This document shows positions 11,380 to 24,430 of a stretch of 64,000 bases of DNA, in pieces. Position 1 is the stretch's first letter. Each line of letters opens with the position of its first letter. The stretch is from Octopus vulgaris (taxonomy: Eukaryota). The position numbers were made by a program, and so were the translations under genes. Where the stretch lies: the NCBI GenBank assembly GCA_951406725.2, contig OX597824.1, forward strand, positions 4,898,001-4,962,000, read 5' to 3'. Under the pieces are notes generated by a model. It was not told the DNA's origin, did not search any database, and saw nothing but the letters and a program-made list of their open reading frames with translations.

Positions 11380-12700
11380 GATGCCATAAAACTGAAAAAA
11401 GACTCAACAATTAACTTACATACAACCTGATAATTCACCATTCTGACCAAGAATAAAGTAACCTTCATCCGCTTACCTTTGTAACTGGGTCTTTCGACAG
11501 GTATTTACTGTGGGATAAATTAGGATTATTTCCAAGAGACATCCACCTCCCTCCTTCAATGGGGTGGATTTTAAATCCGTCTTCTGCTAATTATCGGTTA
11601 GAATTTGATTGTTCTCTCTCATGAGGTCGCTGATAATTAACTGGATATCACCAGACTAGTTTAGTTATCCTTTGTAATTAATGCAAGGAGGCTTACCTTT
11701 GTAATGCCGTTCAGACTTCTTCCTTTTCTCTGAAGTTCCTTGCATGAAAAGCTACTTTATATTTATATATATACATATCCTTCATCTTCTTCTTCTTCTG
11801 CGGATTTCCATATTCTATTTGAAGCATTCCAGCCGCCTCTTCCGCACATAAAAACTTGTTTAAGAGCGAACATTCGCTGTCTTTCATAAACGGATTACAT
11901 AAATGTCTAAATGTCTGAGATTGTTAATACGATTATAAATTTTTCAAACTATTAACTTCATAGAGTCAGATGAAAATTTGCGATGGTGTTATATATATGT
12001 TAAAACATTATTCGTTTCTTTGATGAAGCTAATTAACAATCCGAAAAGTTATAATCGGATTATATTATATCTGGATTTCTCCATCATTAATATAAGATTT
12101 TATACTCCAAACTTCCCCCAGTTTCCTTTTACCTAGACAGGTGATAGAATAACTGTTCACATTTCCACAATTGTCGATATCATTGGAGAGAGTTTATTAT
12201 TTTTGCCATTACTAATTTGTTTGCCATTATATAAATGAGTTTCAACATGGTGCAACGTGGTGTCTTTCCATTTTCGAAATTACACATTTTCTTTAACTCA
12301 GTGTCCAATATCGCAGAGATTTTAAAGGTCTGCTTGAATTATATTGGAACGGATCTCAGTTCTTTATTATTTTATGATATTTTTTTTCTTGAACACCAGA
12401 AAACGTGACGATAACTGTCTTTGTCATTTTAAGTTCATGAAACATGTTAAATTTGTTCATTTACTCTCTTCATCTTTTTCGTTTTTCTATCCTTCTCTAC
12501 AGCTTCATCCTTACATGTTTTTGCCGTCTATATCCCTCTTTGCTACTTGATGTCCACGTTTCTTTTCTCTATCCTTCTCTATTGCTTCGTCATTCTGTTT
12601 TTCTTTGCTGTGTTCTTCGACGTTGCTTCCAGCACAACTTCTTTGCTGCCATTCTGAAAGCAAGCTGTCGAGCGAAGTTTGTTTCTTGCCATATTCAAAA
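11380..12700 (-). pseudogene. Very decayed coding-like remnant, possibly N-terminal part of a Helitron/Helentron RepHel ORF
   Basis: Minus-strand patches in plausible order: charged repeats EAIEKDREKKR / DEAVEKDRK, NGKTPRC..NKL, KIYNRINNLRHL..CNPFMKD, NLSHSKYL; multiple stops and frameshifts; recognition by eye only. Confidence 0.3.
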
Positions 12701-15700
12701 CATATTTCTTATAAACCGCTTCTTAAAAATTTTCACTGATATATATTTTTTTTTGTTCACTTCCATTTTTCATTGAGTTTCATTTTACAGAAATTCACAG
12801 AAGTTGAGAAATTTGTGTATGACGTTCACGCAATGCAAAAGCAAAAGGTTCAAATAGGAAAAGAAATTTAGCCGCAGACTCTATATTTGTATTATTACGT
12901 ATCCAAGCTAGTTGTCTCCTCATCTATTATCAGCAGTCTTAGTTATTTTCATTGTCCTCATTTCCTTAATTATTGAGGAAATCCTGCTTTTAAAACAATA
13001 AACTGTCGGTTTATTTTTATTGAACATGAAGTCTTTCGTGGTTTTCAATCTGATAGCTGTAGAAATTTAGTTACATCCTATTTATAATACGTGTGAGGTT
13101 TTTCACATTGGTACAAAGTTACCAATTTGTAGAAGAGGAATATTGATTGTATGTATTGAGCAGATACCGGAGGAGTGAAAAACAATCATGACCTCAGAGG
13201 GTTTGAATTGAAAAAGTGGAGATGCGAAAATTTAGTGCAAAATGGTGGATGGCTTTCTTAGTTACATTCGCCTTAACACCTGTTAAAGTACTTTCACTTT
13301 TGAACTTCCGACGAGATTCATACTTTGATTTTCATAGAGCCCCAGAAAGGAAGAAAACTTCTAAATCCATTTTCTTTGACTAGTCTCGCTCTTTCTCTGT
13401 AAATTTATCACAGGAATTTTCTTAAAGATTTGGTGACAGAAATGTCTCCTTTTAAACGCCGCACGGTCGCCCTTACAAAAGAAGAAGCTATTATGTGGAA
13501 TAAATGAATAAAGAGTGCCACAAAGAATAAGGAGAAAACACAACCGTTCTACTGTTTGAGAGAAGAAAAACTTTTATTTACGGGAAAGTTATGAAAACTT
13601 TAGTCTGTAACATGTAAGAGAAGGACTGAATAGTTATGGTTGGAATATCTTTGATCATAGATCTGCTGAGCCACAGATCCAACTGTATATACAATGTCCC
13701 TATAAATAATTCCACTCTTCATAGTAGATATTTCACTCTGAAAATACATATTGGAATTGCTAAAGATTTTCTGTTCTTCATGTCATTTCTGGAAATACTT
13801 GATACTAGAAGCCAACTGTCCATGGTCATATAGCTTCCAAGAATCAACTTCAAATGACACCAGATAGTCTTTAAAAAAGAAAGATTCATTCCATGATGTT
13901 GTATTTGATACACTGGTTGAACAAAAGACAGAGTGGTTATGGTTAGAATGCTGTTCACTGCAGGTTAGCTTGATCAGGGTTGACCTGGGGCTAAACAACG
14001 ACACATGATCAAGTGAAGAGGTGAAACAATGTGGTTGGTTTGAGTAGGTCATTGTGCTAGCAGAATATTGGTGGGTGTGGCTATGCAGTTTCAGGCACAG
14101 ATTGTCTTTTGGTTGAGAGAATTGTTTTATTGCTTAGGAAGAAAAAACAGTGGTCATGATCCTTTATAAAGCCTCTGGAATTGATGAGAGTGAGGGTGGA
14201 AGGTATCCTCAATGAGAGACCTGGCCTGGGTGCATTCAATTCAGTGGATTCCTTCACTAAAGGAACCCAAAGACAAAACATTGGTTTTAAACCTAACCAG
14301 GCCACAGCAGGATTTGAACTCAGAATACAAAGAGCCAGAACAAATATTGCAAAGTATTCCATCCAATGCTCTAAGGATTCTGTCACAATCCATAGACTGG
14401 TACTATATTTATTGACCCCAAGAGGATAACATGTGAAGCTGACCTCAGAAGGATTTGAAACCAGAATAAATACCTCAAGGCTTTTCATCCAATGCTCAAA
14501 AGACTCTGCAAATTTGCCAAAATGACATCAGTGATTGTTATGGAATGGAATGGTGCTTGATGAAGATGGTAACTGAATCTTGGATATACTGTGGTATTGG
14601 TGTCTAATAATCAGCTCCTGTGTTCCAGTTATAACCATGAACTACATTAACCAGTATGTCCTTATCTAAAGCGGTAGGGTATGACTTGATGGTAATTTGG
14701 CTGCTGTCTCTAGCAGGTCAAGTTGATGAAAAACTGAGTGTGGTAACTAACAAGTCAAGCAACTACATAGTGTTACTGGTGTTAATGGAATTTAGGGATA
14801 TAAAGGAGTTGTGTTCTGTATTGATAGTGATATCAGCAACAATATTCATAGGATCATATCCTATGAACACTGCTACTGATATCGCAGTCAATACAGTGAT
14901 ATCGGTGAACACAATGGATACCAGTTCAGGGCATTGTTGTTATTGTTGCTTTTGTTTAGCCCTGAGTATGTCCACATTCTTCACACCTCTTATCAAAAGC
15001 ATTCAAACCAGGATAATCCCTTATTTGTTTTTTCTGGAATAATGTCCCCAAGTTTACATCATCCAGTCCAGTGCATCCTTATATAAGAAATTAGCATGTG
15101 ATTTGAAGAAAATTTGGGTAATATTTCTGGCTATTCAGGTGACCATGTATAGGCTCCCTCAGTTTACAGAATGTGGTAATTCGGTGATAATGGTGATTGT
15201 GGTGACAATGCTGCTGAAGAAAATCTTGACTGATTTTTGAAGAATGCCTTTGGGAACTTGTGATGTTTATGCATTTCCTATCATGATAGCAACAACACTG
15301 ATTGACAATCATGATAATGACAAGGATGGTGATGATGAAAACGATGCCAGTGGTGATATTGCCAATAGTTTCCTTCACCTAAAGAAGCAAAATTGGAAAC
15401 CAAAATTGAAAGAGAGAAAGAATCATAATAAAAAAAGAAATAGAGAGATAATAGTTTCAAATTACAGGACTGTTATCGTCTGATGAAGAAGGTCAGTGAT
15501 CTTGTGACTTTTATTTAACTGGTCTTCATTTCCTCCGCCCACCTCTCCCGTTTTCTCCCATCCCCCCAGTCAATTATGTTCCTTTGATGTTAGAAAGCTG
15601 CTGCATGATGACGACTGAATGGAACATATATATGTGTGCATGCGTACAAGCATGGATGTATATGTGTGCATGCGTACAAGCATGGATGTATATGTGTGTA

Positions 15701-16419
15701 GTGTATATATCGAGATTGTTCTTCAGATTTAATCTCATGGTCTGACTGTCTTCTTGATTCAAAGTGGCATCTTAATGATTTCGGTGTTTTCTTTCTTTCT
15801 TTTACAGACATGAAGACTCGGCTTTATTGGACTTATAGTAGATGAAATCGAGAAGTTGTGATGATCATACATTTTCAGTTAGATTAATGAGTAGCATCAG
15901 GGAAACTGGATTCGACTCTGATTGGAATTTGAAACCAACTTATAGTATAAATCTTTGAATATGTTGTAAATCCCTAATGTAAAACCATGTATTTTATGAA
16001 GAACTTATGAACCAATGCTCCACAATTTAACTCCTATGTCGGGGAAGAGCATCTTTTGTTTTTTTTACATTTGCTCATGGTCCACAAGTGTATTATATCA
16101 GACAAAAATATCACATTCTGCCAAACTTACCCAGCATCCTTTCTTGACTCTTTGTCCATATTCTCTCTTATACTCACCTTCTTGTATCTATGATACCTTG
16201 CACCACCATCATTGCTGTCTTTCCAGCTCTTCCCACCCACCAATATATAATGCAAGGTATTCGTGCATCTTCTCCACAGCAAAATACTTGTGTTTGCCCT
16301 TCTGTTTAGCCCCTCAGTACCTGGCATTAAGCAACCTCCGTCTCTACTACAACCTCATTCAGATGAAGGGGTCTTTCCTTTTGTTTTGTTAGTTATTTGC
16401 TGATTTCCCTGGCATTTGT

Positions 16420-16602
16420 GTCACAAAAAAAGGTACCCAGCACATTCTGTAAAGTGGTTGGCATTAGGAAGCACACTCAGCTGTAAAAATCATGCCAAAA
16501 CAGACATTGGAGCTCAGCACAGTCCTCTAGCTCATTGGAACTTGTTTAGCTGTCCAACCCATGCCAGCATGGATAACAGATATCATATGATGACAATGAC
16601 GA
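16420..16602 (+). mobile_element. Old RTE-PHD 3' end
   Basis: AAGTGGTTGGCATTAGGAAG..TCCAACCCATGCCAGCATGG, decayed GAT tail. Confidence 0.7.
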
Positions 16603-17111
16603 TTCCCCCAGCCCCTTGTCTATCATTGGCAATGCTAAGAAAAACCATCATAATGCAAGTGACTATCTAAAAGCCATCGATGGCTCAATAACCCACAAAC
16701 ATTAAATTTCAAAATTTTTTGTAAAAGTGCAATGCCACAGAGAACACCTGAGTAGCCACTTGCTACTGTCCCTTGATTTATGTGATCACTTGACCTGCAA
16801 AAAATAGCAGCTAAATTTCTCTCAAACCTCCATGTATTCGAACAACATCATGACAATGATGGTGATAATGAGTACCCCCACGTCTTAGACTTGATGGAAA
16901 CCACAAACCAAATTTTGGTGAGACCACAATCATTCTCCAGATTTTAAGCCAGTCTTCAAGTTCTTCAAGCTCTTTCAGTGGTGATGGCAGAGGAAAGTGG
17001 TTCCTCACTTGCTACTCTAAAAGACACCATAAATATTCTATTATATAGAGATCCAGTAATTGTGTGTGTAAGGGAAATCCATCTGAGCTCTTTGAACCAA
17101 TTTTAAATAAC

Positions 17112-17347
17112 TGTTTCTTTATTACCCACAAGGGGCTAAACATAGAGGGGACAAACAAGGACAGACAAACGGATTAAGTTGATTACATCGACCCCAGTGT
17201 GTAACTGGTACTTAATTTATTGACCCCGAAAGGATGAACGGCAAAGTCGACCTTGGCGGAATTTGAACTCAAAACGTAACAGCAGACGAAATACGGCTAT
17301 ACATTTCGCCCCGCGTGCTAACGGTTCTGCCAGCTCGCTGCCTTCTA
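17112..17347 (-). mobile_element. SINE family C (tail C1)
   Basis: Sense GGCAGCGAGCTGGCAGAA..GAGTTCAAATTCC (B-box-like)..GTCGACTTTGCCGTTCATCCTTTCGGGGTC; flanking direct repeat AATTTTAAATAAC. Confidence 0.85.
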
Positions 17348-17527
17348 AATTTTAAATAACCAATTTTAAATAACATTAGCCATGTGAACTGGTGTCCAAG
17401 CACATCATTGTAAGTTAACAAAACAACTGTACTTCTATGCAGTGACTCAACCTGCTAGAATTAAGAACTAAATCTCCCTCAAATCTATTCTCTTATAAAA
17501 AATCTATTCTCTAATAAAAAAAATTTT

Positions 17528-17737
17528 AAACTGGCCATATCCAGCCCAAATATTCAACCTGCTTCTTGTTCAAACTGTCTGGATCTGGCTTCTCACACCT
17601 GCCCTACAATGCCATTCTAAAAATAAATAATCATATCATTGAAATCTCAAATCTATGAGATAATGCAGGATTATGTCAAAACAATGTGAATAAATAAGGA
17701 TCACATTTGACAGAGGAATCTGAAAGTCAATGAGTTA
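17528..17737. mobile_element. Partial MITE related to the 50678-50893 copy (piggyBac-like ends)
   Basis: Reverse-complement similarity to 50678-50893; ends in GAGTTAA. Confidence 0.6.
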
Positions 17738-18170
17738 AAGAACACATTAGATAAATGTGGTCTTAGAAGAACTGCCTGAAATAAAAATGACAAAATGTTT
17801 GCTGCTTGTACAACTTAGCTCATAGAACTGCTTGGTCGGAGCTGACCTGTAGGGTGGTCAATGACAACATTATTATCACTGTTTATAATGATAGGCTGTA
17901 TTACAGCAGTGTGGAATGGGTCATTATCAGCAGTTGCTTCCTTGATGTCTTGTACATCAGACATCACACAGATCATCAGTACAGTGACTGGTTGTTGTTG
18001 TTGTTTTTGTTGTTGTTGTAGTTTAACTGCAAGTCTGCTCTGAACACGTAGTCCTGTGAATAAAGGTATTCCAAAATATAACCATTTTGTTTTTGTCTGT
18101 TAATATTTTTCACATATCTGTGACTACATTGTGCAAAGTTCTGTTTTTAAAAATTCTTTTTATACATTGT

Positions 18171-18537
18171 AGGTGCAGGAGTGGCTGTGTGGTAAGTAGC
18201 TTGCGTGGCACCTTGGGGAAGTGTCTTCTACTATAGCCTCGGGCCGACCAAAGCCTTGTAAGTGGATTTGGTAGACAGAAACTGAAAGAAGCCCGTCGTA
18301 TAAATGTATGCATGTATGTGTGTGTGTGTGTGTTTATGTGTTTGTGTTTGTCCCCCCAACATCGCTTGACAACCGATGCTGGTGTGTTTACGTCCCTGTA
18401 ACTTAGCAGTTCAGCAAAAGTGACCGATAGAATAAGTACTAGGCTTACGAAGAATAAGTCTTGGGGTCGATTTGCTTTCAACTAAAGGCGGTGCTCCAGC
18501 ATGGCCACAGTCAAATGACTGAAACAAGTAAATGAGT
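18171..18537 (+). mobile_element. SINE family B (tRNA-like head, CORE-like block, internal TA/TG microsatellite)
   Basis: GGAGTGGCTGTGTGGTAAG head, GGCACCTTGGGGAAGTGTCTT, tail GGTGCTCCAGCATGGCCACAGTCAAATGACTGAAACAAGT; about ten or more full or partial copies in the window. Confidence 0.88.
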
Positions 18538-18591
18538 AGACATTAGAGAGAGTTAACTGTTGTTTCTAGTAACTCAAATGACTGCATAGAG

Positions 18592-18878
18592 CAACAGTGG
18601 CTAAACTTCACTTCCCAAGATAATACTGGGTTTTTGGTGTTATTTTACCTAAAGCTGCTTTTACATCTTACAAGCCGGATTTTAAAGTATTAACTGCAAA
18701 ATAAAGATTTACTAAACGCCTTCAGTGAGCAGATATATATCAATCCACCACAGCAAGTAAATCTACATAGCTTTATTTTCTCAGATTTATAAATATAATT
18801 TTTTAAAAATGCATTGCAGCTCTTGAAGGAAAAATTATCATACATGGTTCTTCTTATCAAACAATTTGGCCATCCCTG
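18592..18878. mobile_element. Decayed hAT-type MITE
   Basis: Ends CAACAGTGGCTAAACT / AATTTGGCCATCCCTG (imperfect TIR); flanks GCATAGAG / GCTCAGAG resemble an 8-bp TSD with 2 mismatches. Confidence 0.5.
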
Positions 18879-19721
18879 GCTCAGAGTCTCTCTTTACTAA
18901 TAGTTTTGTATTTAGAATGTAAAAGAAGTTTAGCTGTGATAATATTGTGTCACCTCTAGTGTTATCTGTTTTGCATGTGTACCAAGATATGACATGTATG
19001 CTGTAGTCTCTACTATTTATGTTATAATAAGGGAGTGTGTTAAAGAAAGGTAGGTATGTAACCTAATGAAACAGGTGAGATTGAAAATGCTATGTAAATA
19101 TTTATTTTTAAGTTTATCTCTATAGATTTCCTTTAGAATTCAGAGCCAGCACTGAAAGTTATGACATTTCTTTAAACAATGCAGTCAAAGATAGGAAAAG
19201 TAGGGAATGGGTGTATATGCATATTTCAGGAGTTCTTGCACCTTCTTCAGTATCACATCCAACTGATTATCCATCCATAAATACATTGCTTAAATATCTA
19301 AGTTTAGCAGTGTAATGCTATTGGATAGACCAATTTTACATATTAAACACATTCCTGGCAACTGCTAAATGCATATTAATTACTGACAAGTACACGGTAT
19401 TTACTTTTGTACCCATAAAATACTACCGTAATATTTATGTATCTCAAGATGCTGGCATTTATTTTGAATGCTTGCTGTCAATTGTATTATTGTATGCTGT
19501 AAGTATTTGAACGAGATTTAGACTACCTCACACTGGACACATGACTTTATGTCCATGGTTGGCCTATCCAACATAACTTTTGAAAATTATCTCAGGTAAA
19601 TGCCTTGCAATTCTATTCTGCATTATTTATTGAAATAAATCTATCAATAAATCATTGTTTTGTTTTGCTATTCTGACATGCATGTCTATTTTAGTGATTT
19701 CTCCCTTTCTCTCTCTCCCAC

Positions 19722-19991
<270 letters not shown>

Positions 19992-21147
19992 TTGTGTGTA
20001 TAAATATATGTAGAGAAAGAGATAAATAAATATATCTAAACTGCAGATATAAAGTATACGTATCGTGTTATATATAAAGACAAAACACCGTCATTAAAAT
20101 GGTGATTAGTGGTTATTTTTCATAACTCTCTACAGAACTTCAGGTGATTGATGCAAAACAAACAACAAAAGGAATCATTTTTGCTTGTTTTTGTTTTGCT
20201 TTTCTCTTTTCTTCAAATTTAAACTTCAAGTTTTCTGCAAATACACAAAATAAAACGGAGTAAATAACTCAAGAACAACACAAAGAAAGCTTGTCTCTTT
20301 GCCCACAAATTATTTATAAAGATTTACTTTGAAGCCACATCTCTGCTATTGATATATGTTTGTAATGCAGTAGCTGCACTTACCCCGCTCCTCCTTTTCT
20401 TCCATCTCCACCACCACCACCACCATGCCACTGCGATCAGATGAAGAGATTTCCAGAATACTTCCTATCTTATTTGCAGTAAAGAAAATCTTAAATTGAG
20501 ACCGCTGTTATCTTTATGAGAAGATAACTAAATTACTAAATTTGGGAGGCTTCCTAGTATGTTGTTTTCTCTCCTCCTCCCTTTTTTTATTAGTTGTTTT
20601 ATTTTTATGTTATTTATTTTTTTTTTGTTTTTTTTTTCCTTGAGATTCACAACTAGACAAGTCAATAAGCGAGTCCGCCTATTAATACAAAGATTGATTG
20701 TTCATATCTTGTCGCTGCTTGTTACAATGTCTCCACGAATCTTAATTGTCTGCTAAGATTGCAAGCTTTTTTTTTTTCTTATTTCCTTTTTGTTGATTTA
20801 GACGTGTGTGATGTCGGAGTTGAGTGATGACTTTGTAATTGTACATGTGTGTGTGTGTATTTGTGCTGTTGTTTTTGTATTGATTTCATCTGGCTCTGCC
20901 ATGCTTGAGCAGATCCATAGCATGGAGGTATCTGATCAAATAAAGAATTTGATTTGTGTTTCTAACTGTGGTTATTGTGTCTTTATTGTGGGAATATATC
21001 TGGTTTAACTGTTTCATGACCACATTCTTTCACGAAATACAATGTTTATAATCATTCTATTGATACTAAAAACAATCAAGAATTTTTTTAAATTTAAGAA
21101 AAAGACTAATTTCTTCAATTACTTTTTTTTTTATAATTTACTTTTAT

Positions 21148-21377
21148 CAGGGTGCAGCAGAAAACCTTCCATATTTCACATAGACATTTGTATGGTGTTA
21201 GTAAAACAGTAGGCAGGTGGTGATGGTCTCATTATGTATCTAATGTTCTACCTTTAGTTTTTTCTTTTTTTCTTTTTTACACTTACCATTGTGCTGAGGA
21301 TTGTTTGCACACCATGCATTTCTTGTTGAAATGTCTATCAAGAATGGTGAATCTGGGAGGTTTTTTGTTGCACCCTG
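21148..21377 (+). mobile_element. Tc1/mariner-superfamily deletion derivative (MITE)
   Basis: Imperfect TIRs CAGGGTGCAGCAGAAAACCTTCC / GGAGGTTTTTTGTTGCACCCTG, TA on the right flank; internal HHAFLVEMSIKNGES resembles a transposase N-terminus. Confidence 0.6.
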
Positions 21378-22095
21378 TATGTCAATAATTGAGTGAAAAG
21401 GAACACAATCAGATGATGTTTAAGAATGTACCTGGCTGTTCCAGTACCTTGGCCTTGCAATCCTCTACAATTATACCATAAGTATTCAAGATGTCTTTAA
21501 AATATTCAGAAGTGAAGACCAGTTTCTTCTGGCTTGAGAGAATGTCTATGCTTCTATTTTGATTATTTACTGATTTCCTTTGCTTCACCATTTCCTACTC
21601 TAAATGGTAATCTTGCTAAATAAGGATGTTCCCGTATGGCCTTGTCCTTTCATACAAAATAAAAGGACTCAGCAGCCAACCTTTAGCTCAGTCAGTGTAT
21701 GCCCACTATAACAACAGAATTTTGAAGGTTCCTACATTGTTTGCACATTGTCACTATTATGATTGATTAAACTGCTTTCAGGTGATTCTAGCATTGCCAA
21801 GACACTTCCATTCTTATCTGCTACATTACTTCTATTTCTGGCTATTAAGATTAATTAAGCTGATTTAATTACTATAGTTTGGTATATTTCATAAAGATAA
21901 AACACTATACATTAAAAATTGGGGATTTTAGGATTACTAAAAATGCTTCCATTCTCAGCTGCTACATCACTTCTGTTTTGCACAGGAGATCAAGGTCAAA
22001 GAAAACATCCATATTCAACAAGATTACCCTGCGTACTTTTCCAAATTCTGTTTTTTCACTAAATTATTTTTATTATTGGTTTGTAGCTATGCTGG

Positions 22096-22554
22096 GCATT
22101 GGAGAGAGAATCACTGATAAGAGCGATGTCGTCAGCAAAGTCAGTGTCTACTATATGGCTCAGAGACCTGGACGTTATCAAAGAAGCTTGAGAGGTGGTT
22201 GGATGGAACTTACACTCGCCTCCTTATGAGAGCTCAAAATCTCTCATGGAAGCGTCATCCAACCAAAGTACAAATATATGGGAAATTACCACCTGTATCA
22301 TCTCTTGTGAAAGGTAGAAGAGTCCAGTTTGCTGGACATTGTTGTAGAGCTGAAAACGAGGTAATTTCTACTCTTCTCCTCTGGAAGCCTTCTGCTCGTG
22401 ATACCAGAGGGTGCACACTCTCCTACCCTGATGTAATCTCCAGGGATACAGGCATCCAGCAACAGGACCTCCGTAATGCTATGATGAACCGTGAAGTCTG
22501 GCGTAACATAGTAAATTCCATTATCTCGACCACAGTCGAACAATGATGATGATG
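22096..22554 (+). mobile_element. 5'-inverted, truncated RTE-group LINE insertion with TSD
   Basis: LLYGSETWTLSKKLERWLDGTYTRLL..FAGHCCR, (GAT)n tail; 11-bp TSD AGCTATGCTGG (22085-22095, 22555-22565); first ~53 bp encode DTDFADDIAL on the minus strand. Confidence 0.88.
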
Positions 22555-22892
22555 AGCTATGCTGGCAGACTGTTTTCAATGGATTTAGTCTGTGTTATTG
22601 ATCTCAGAACTATTTGCTATCTGCTAGTTATTTTTTTTTTATCTCTATTCATTAAATTGCTAAGTTAGATTTTAAGAATAAAGCAATGCATCTTGACTGA
22701 CAGGTAAACGTAAACTCTGGCACAGACACATGTACAACAAACTTCTACCAAATTCCACTCACAGAACATCAGTCACAGAACATCAGTCAATCTGAGGTTA
22801 CCCACTCATGTCTCAGTTCCAACATCAAATGACTTACCCACACTCCATTAGAAAGTAAATTCTTTCATTAAATATTTTTTGATAATCAATCA

Positions 22893-23095
22893 TCATCATT
22901 ATTAATTAATGTCCATTTTCCATGCTGGTAAGAGTTGGACAGTACAACAGGAGCTGGTAAGGCCCCATTGTCTGTTCTGGCATGGTTTCTATGGCCGGAT
23001 GCCCTTCCTAATGCCAAACATTTTACAGAGTGGACTGGGTACCTTTTATGTCGCACCAGCACAGGTGCTTTTTACATGGCACCAGCACCAACGAG
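22893..23095 (-). mobile_element. Old RTE-PHD 3' UTR fragment
   Basis: (ATC)n, GTCCATTTTCCATGCTGG, GGATGCCCTTCCTAATGCCAA. Confidence 0.75.
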
Positions 23096-23191
23096 GTCAC
23101 CCAGTAACACCACACGAAATGGAAAATACTCACCTTCTATGTAGGCCAGGGTTTTCATTGCTTCCATCAAACACACAAAAAAGCTAACAAT

Positions 23192-23579
23192 AGGCGCAGG
23201 AGTGGCTGTGGGGTAAGTAGCTTGCTTACCAATTACATGGTTCTGGGTTCAGTCCCACTGCATGGCTCCTTGGGCAAGTGTCTTCTACTATAGCCTCAGG
23301 CTGATCAAAGCCTTGTGAGTGGATTTGGTAGACGGAAACTGAAAGAAGCCCGTCGTATATATGTATATATATGTATGTGTGTGTATATGTTTGTCCCCCC
23401 AACATCGCTTGACAACCGATGCTGGTGTGTTTACATCCCCATAACTTAGCGGTTCGGCAAAAGCGACCAATAGAATAAGTCCTAGGCTTACCAAGAATAA
23501 GTCCTGGGGTCGATTTGCTCGACTAAAGGCGGTGATCCAGCATGGCCACAGTCAAATGACTGAAACAAGTAAAAGAGTA
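23192..23579 (+). mobile_element. SINE family B, full length
   Basis: Head AGGCGCAGGAGTGGCTGTGGGGTAAG, B-box-like GGTTCAGTCCC, CCTTGGGCAAGTG, family tail. Confidence 0.9.
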
Positions 23580-23739
23580 AATAAAATTTGAAACCCGAAA
23601 GTCTCAGGTTTTGACAAAATCCCCCAAAACACAGCTTGAAAGAATCACCTGTGATGACCAATATCTATAATTACTGGTACCAACACTGTGAAATTCCCAG
23701 AATCTGGAAGCTGGGTAAAATCATAACAGTAGTATCATG

Positions 23740-24430
23740 CAGATACATCAGTTCATTTGATATCACTAACCCACATTCCTTTCTTTAAATTACAAGAATC
23801 AGACGACCATTTCCCATTTTCAATTCTCTCATTACACATGAACCTAATACAATAACAGACAACAGTTTCAGTTACAAAAAAGACTTCTACACACATCTTA
23901 ATACATTTTAATATTGTCTACTGTCAATAATAGCCAAGCAATTTTTCTTTTTTTCCTTGCTTTTCTCTTTCACACTAAATGCTCGACATTGCCTTCAGAA
24001 ACAAACAAAAAATACTGCATAGCAAATTACTTGTCAGGTTAGTAATTTTATGTGGTGTACAAGAACAACAAAAACTTGCAATTTCCTGAATGACAAACCA
24101 AAACGATCAGTCTTTCTCGCATCCTTTTTTGATCTATGCTTATGTTCACACTTCTCAAAACATGCACACAGCATTATATACAAATGATATCTCGCTCAGA
24201 TCTTCCCGCTGTTTTTCAGGCATAACTGAACACCAACGCCAATCCCAAATCAATCAGCCAGAAATTTGACTCTAAAACAACAGACTTTATGAAGCATCAC
24301 AACCACTGTCTTCCTTCTTATCAGCAACACCAGAGAATACCACGTATAATAATAAACCATCAAAGTCAACATTAAGTCTGTTCAATCAGAGCTTAACTGC
24401 ACCAACAACAATCACAAAGCTACAATTGTG
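23740..24430 (+). pseudogene. Decayed Penelope-like element remnant (RT C-terminus plus GIY-YIG region)
   Basis: QESDDHFPFFNSLIT..SYKKDFYTHLNTF resembles ExExxxLPFLDxLI..YRKxT; later SIIYK..SGITEHQRQSQINQ and NIKSVQSELN resemble GIY-YIG segments; many disruptions. Confidence 0.45.

Noticed and set aside
15800-15850. Strong acceptor TTTTACAG followed by MKTRLYWTYSR*
   Set aside because: All frames close within ~40 nt and no matching donor was found; such acceptors arise easily next to T-rich tracts
21409-21591. Minus-strand peptide with SEYFKDILN resembling a LINE ORF2 linker
   Set aside because: Single short motif, too weak to annotate
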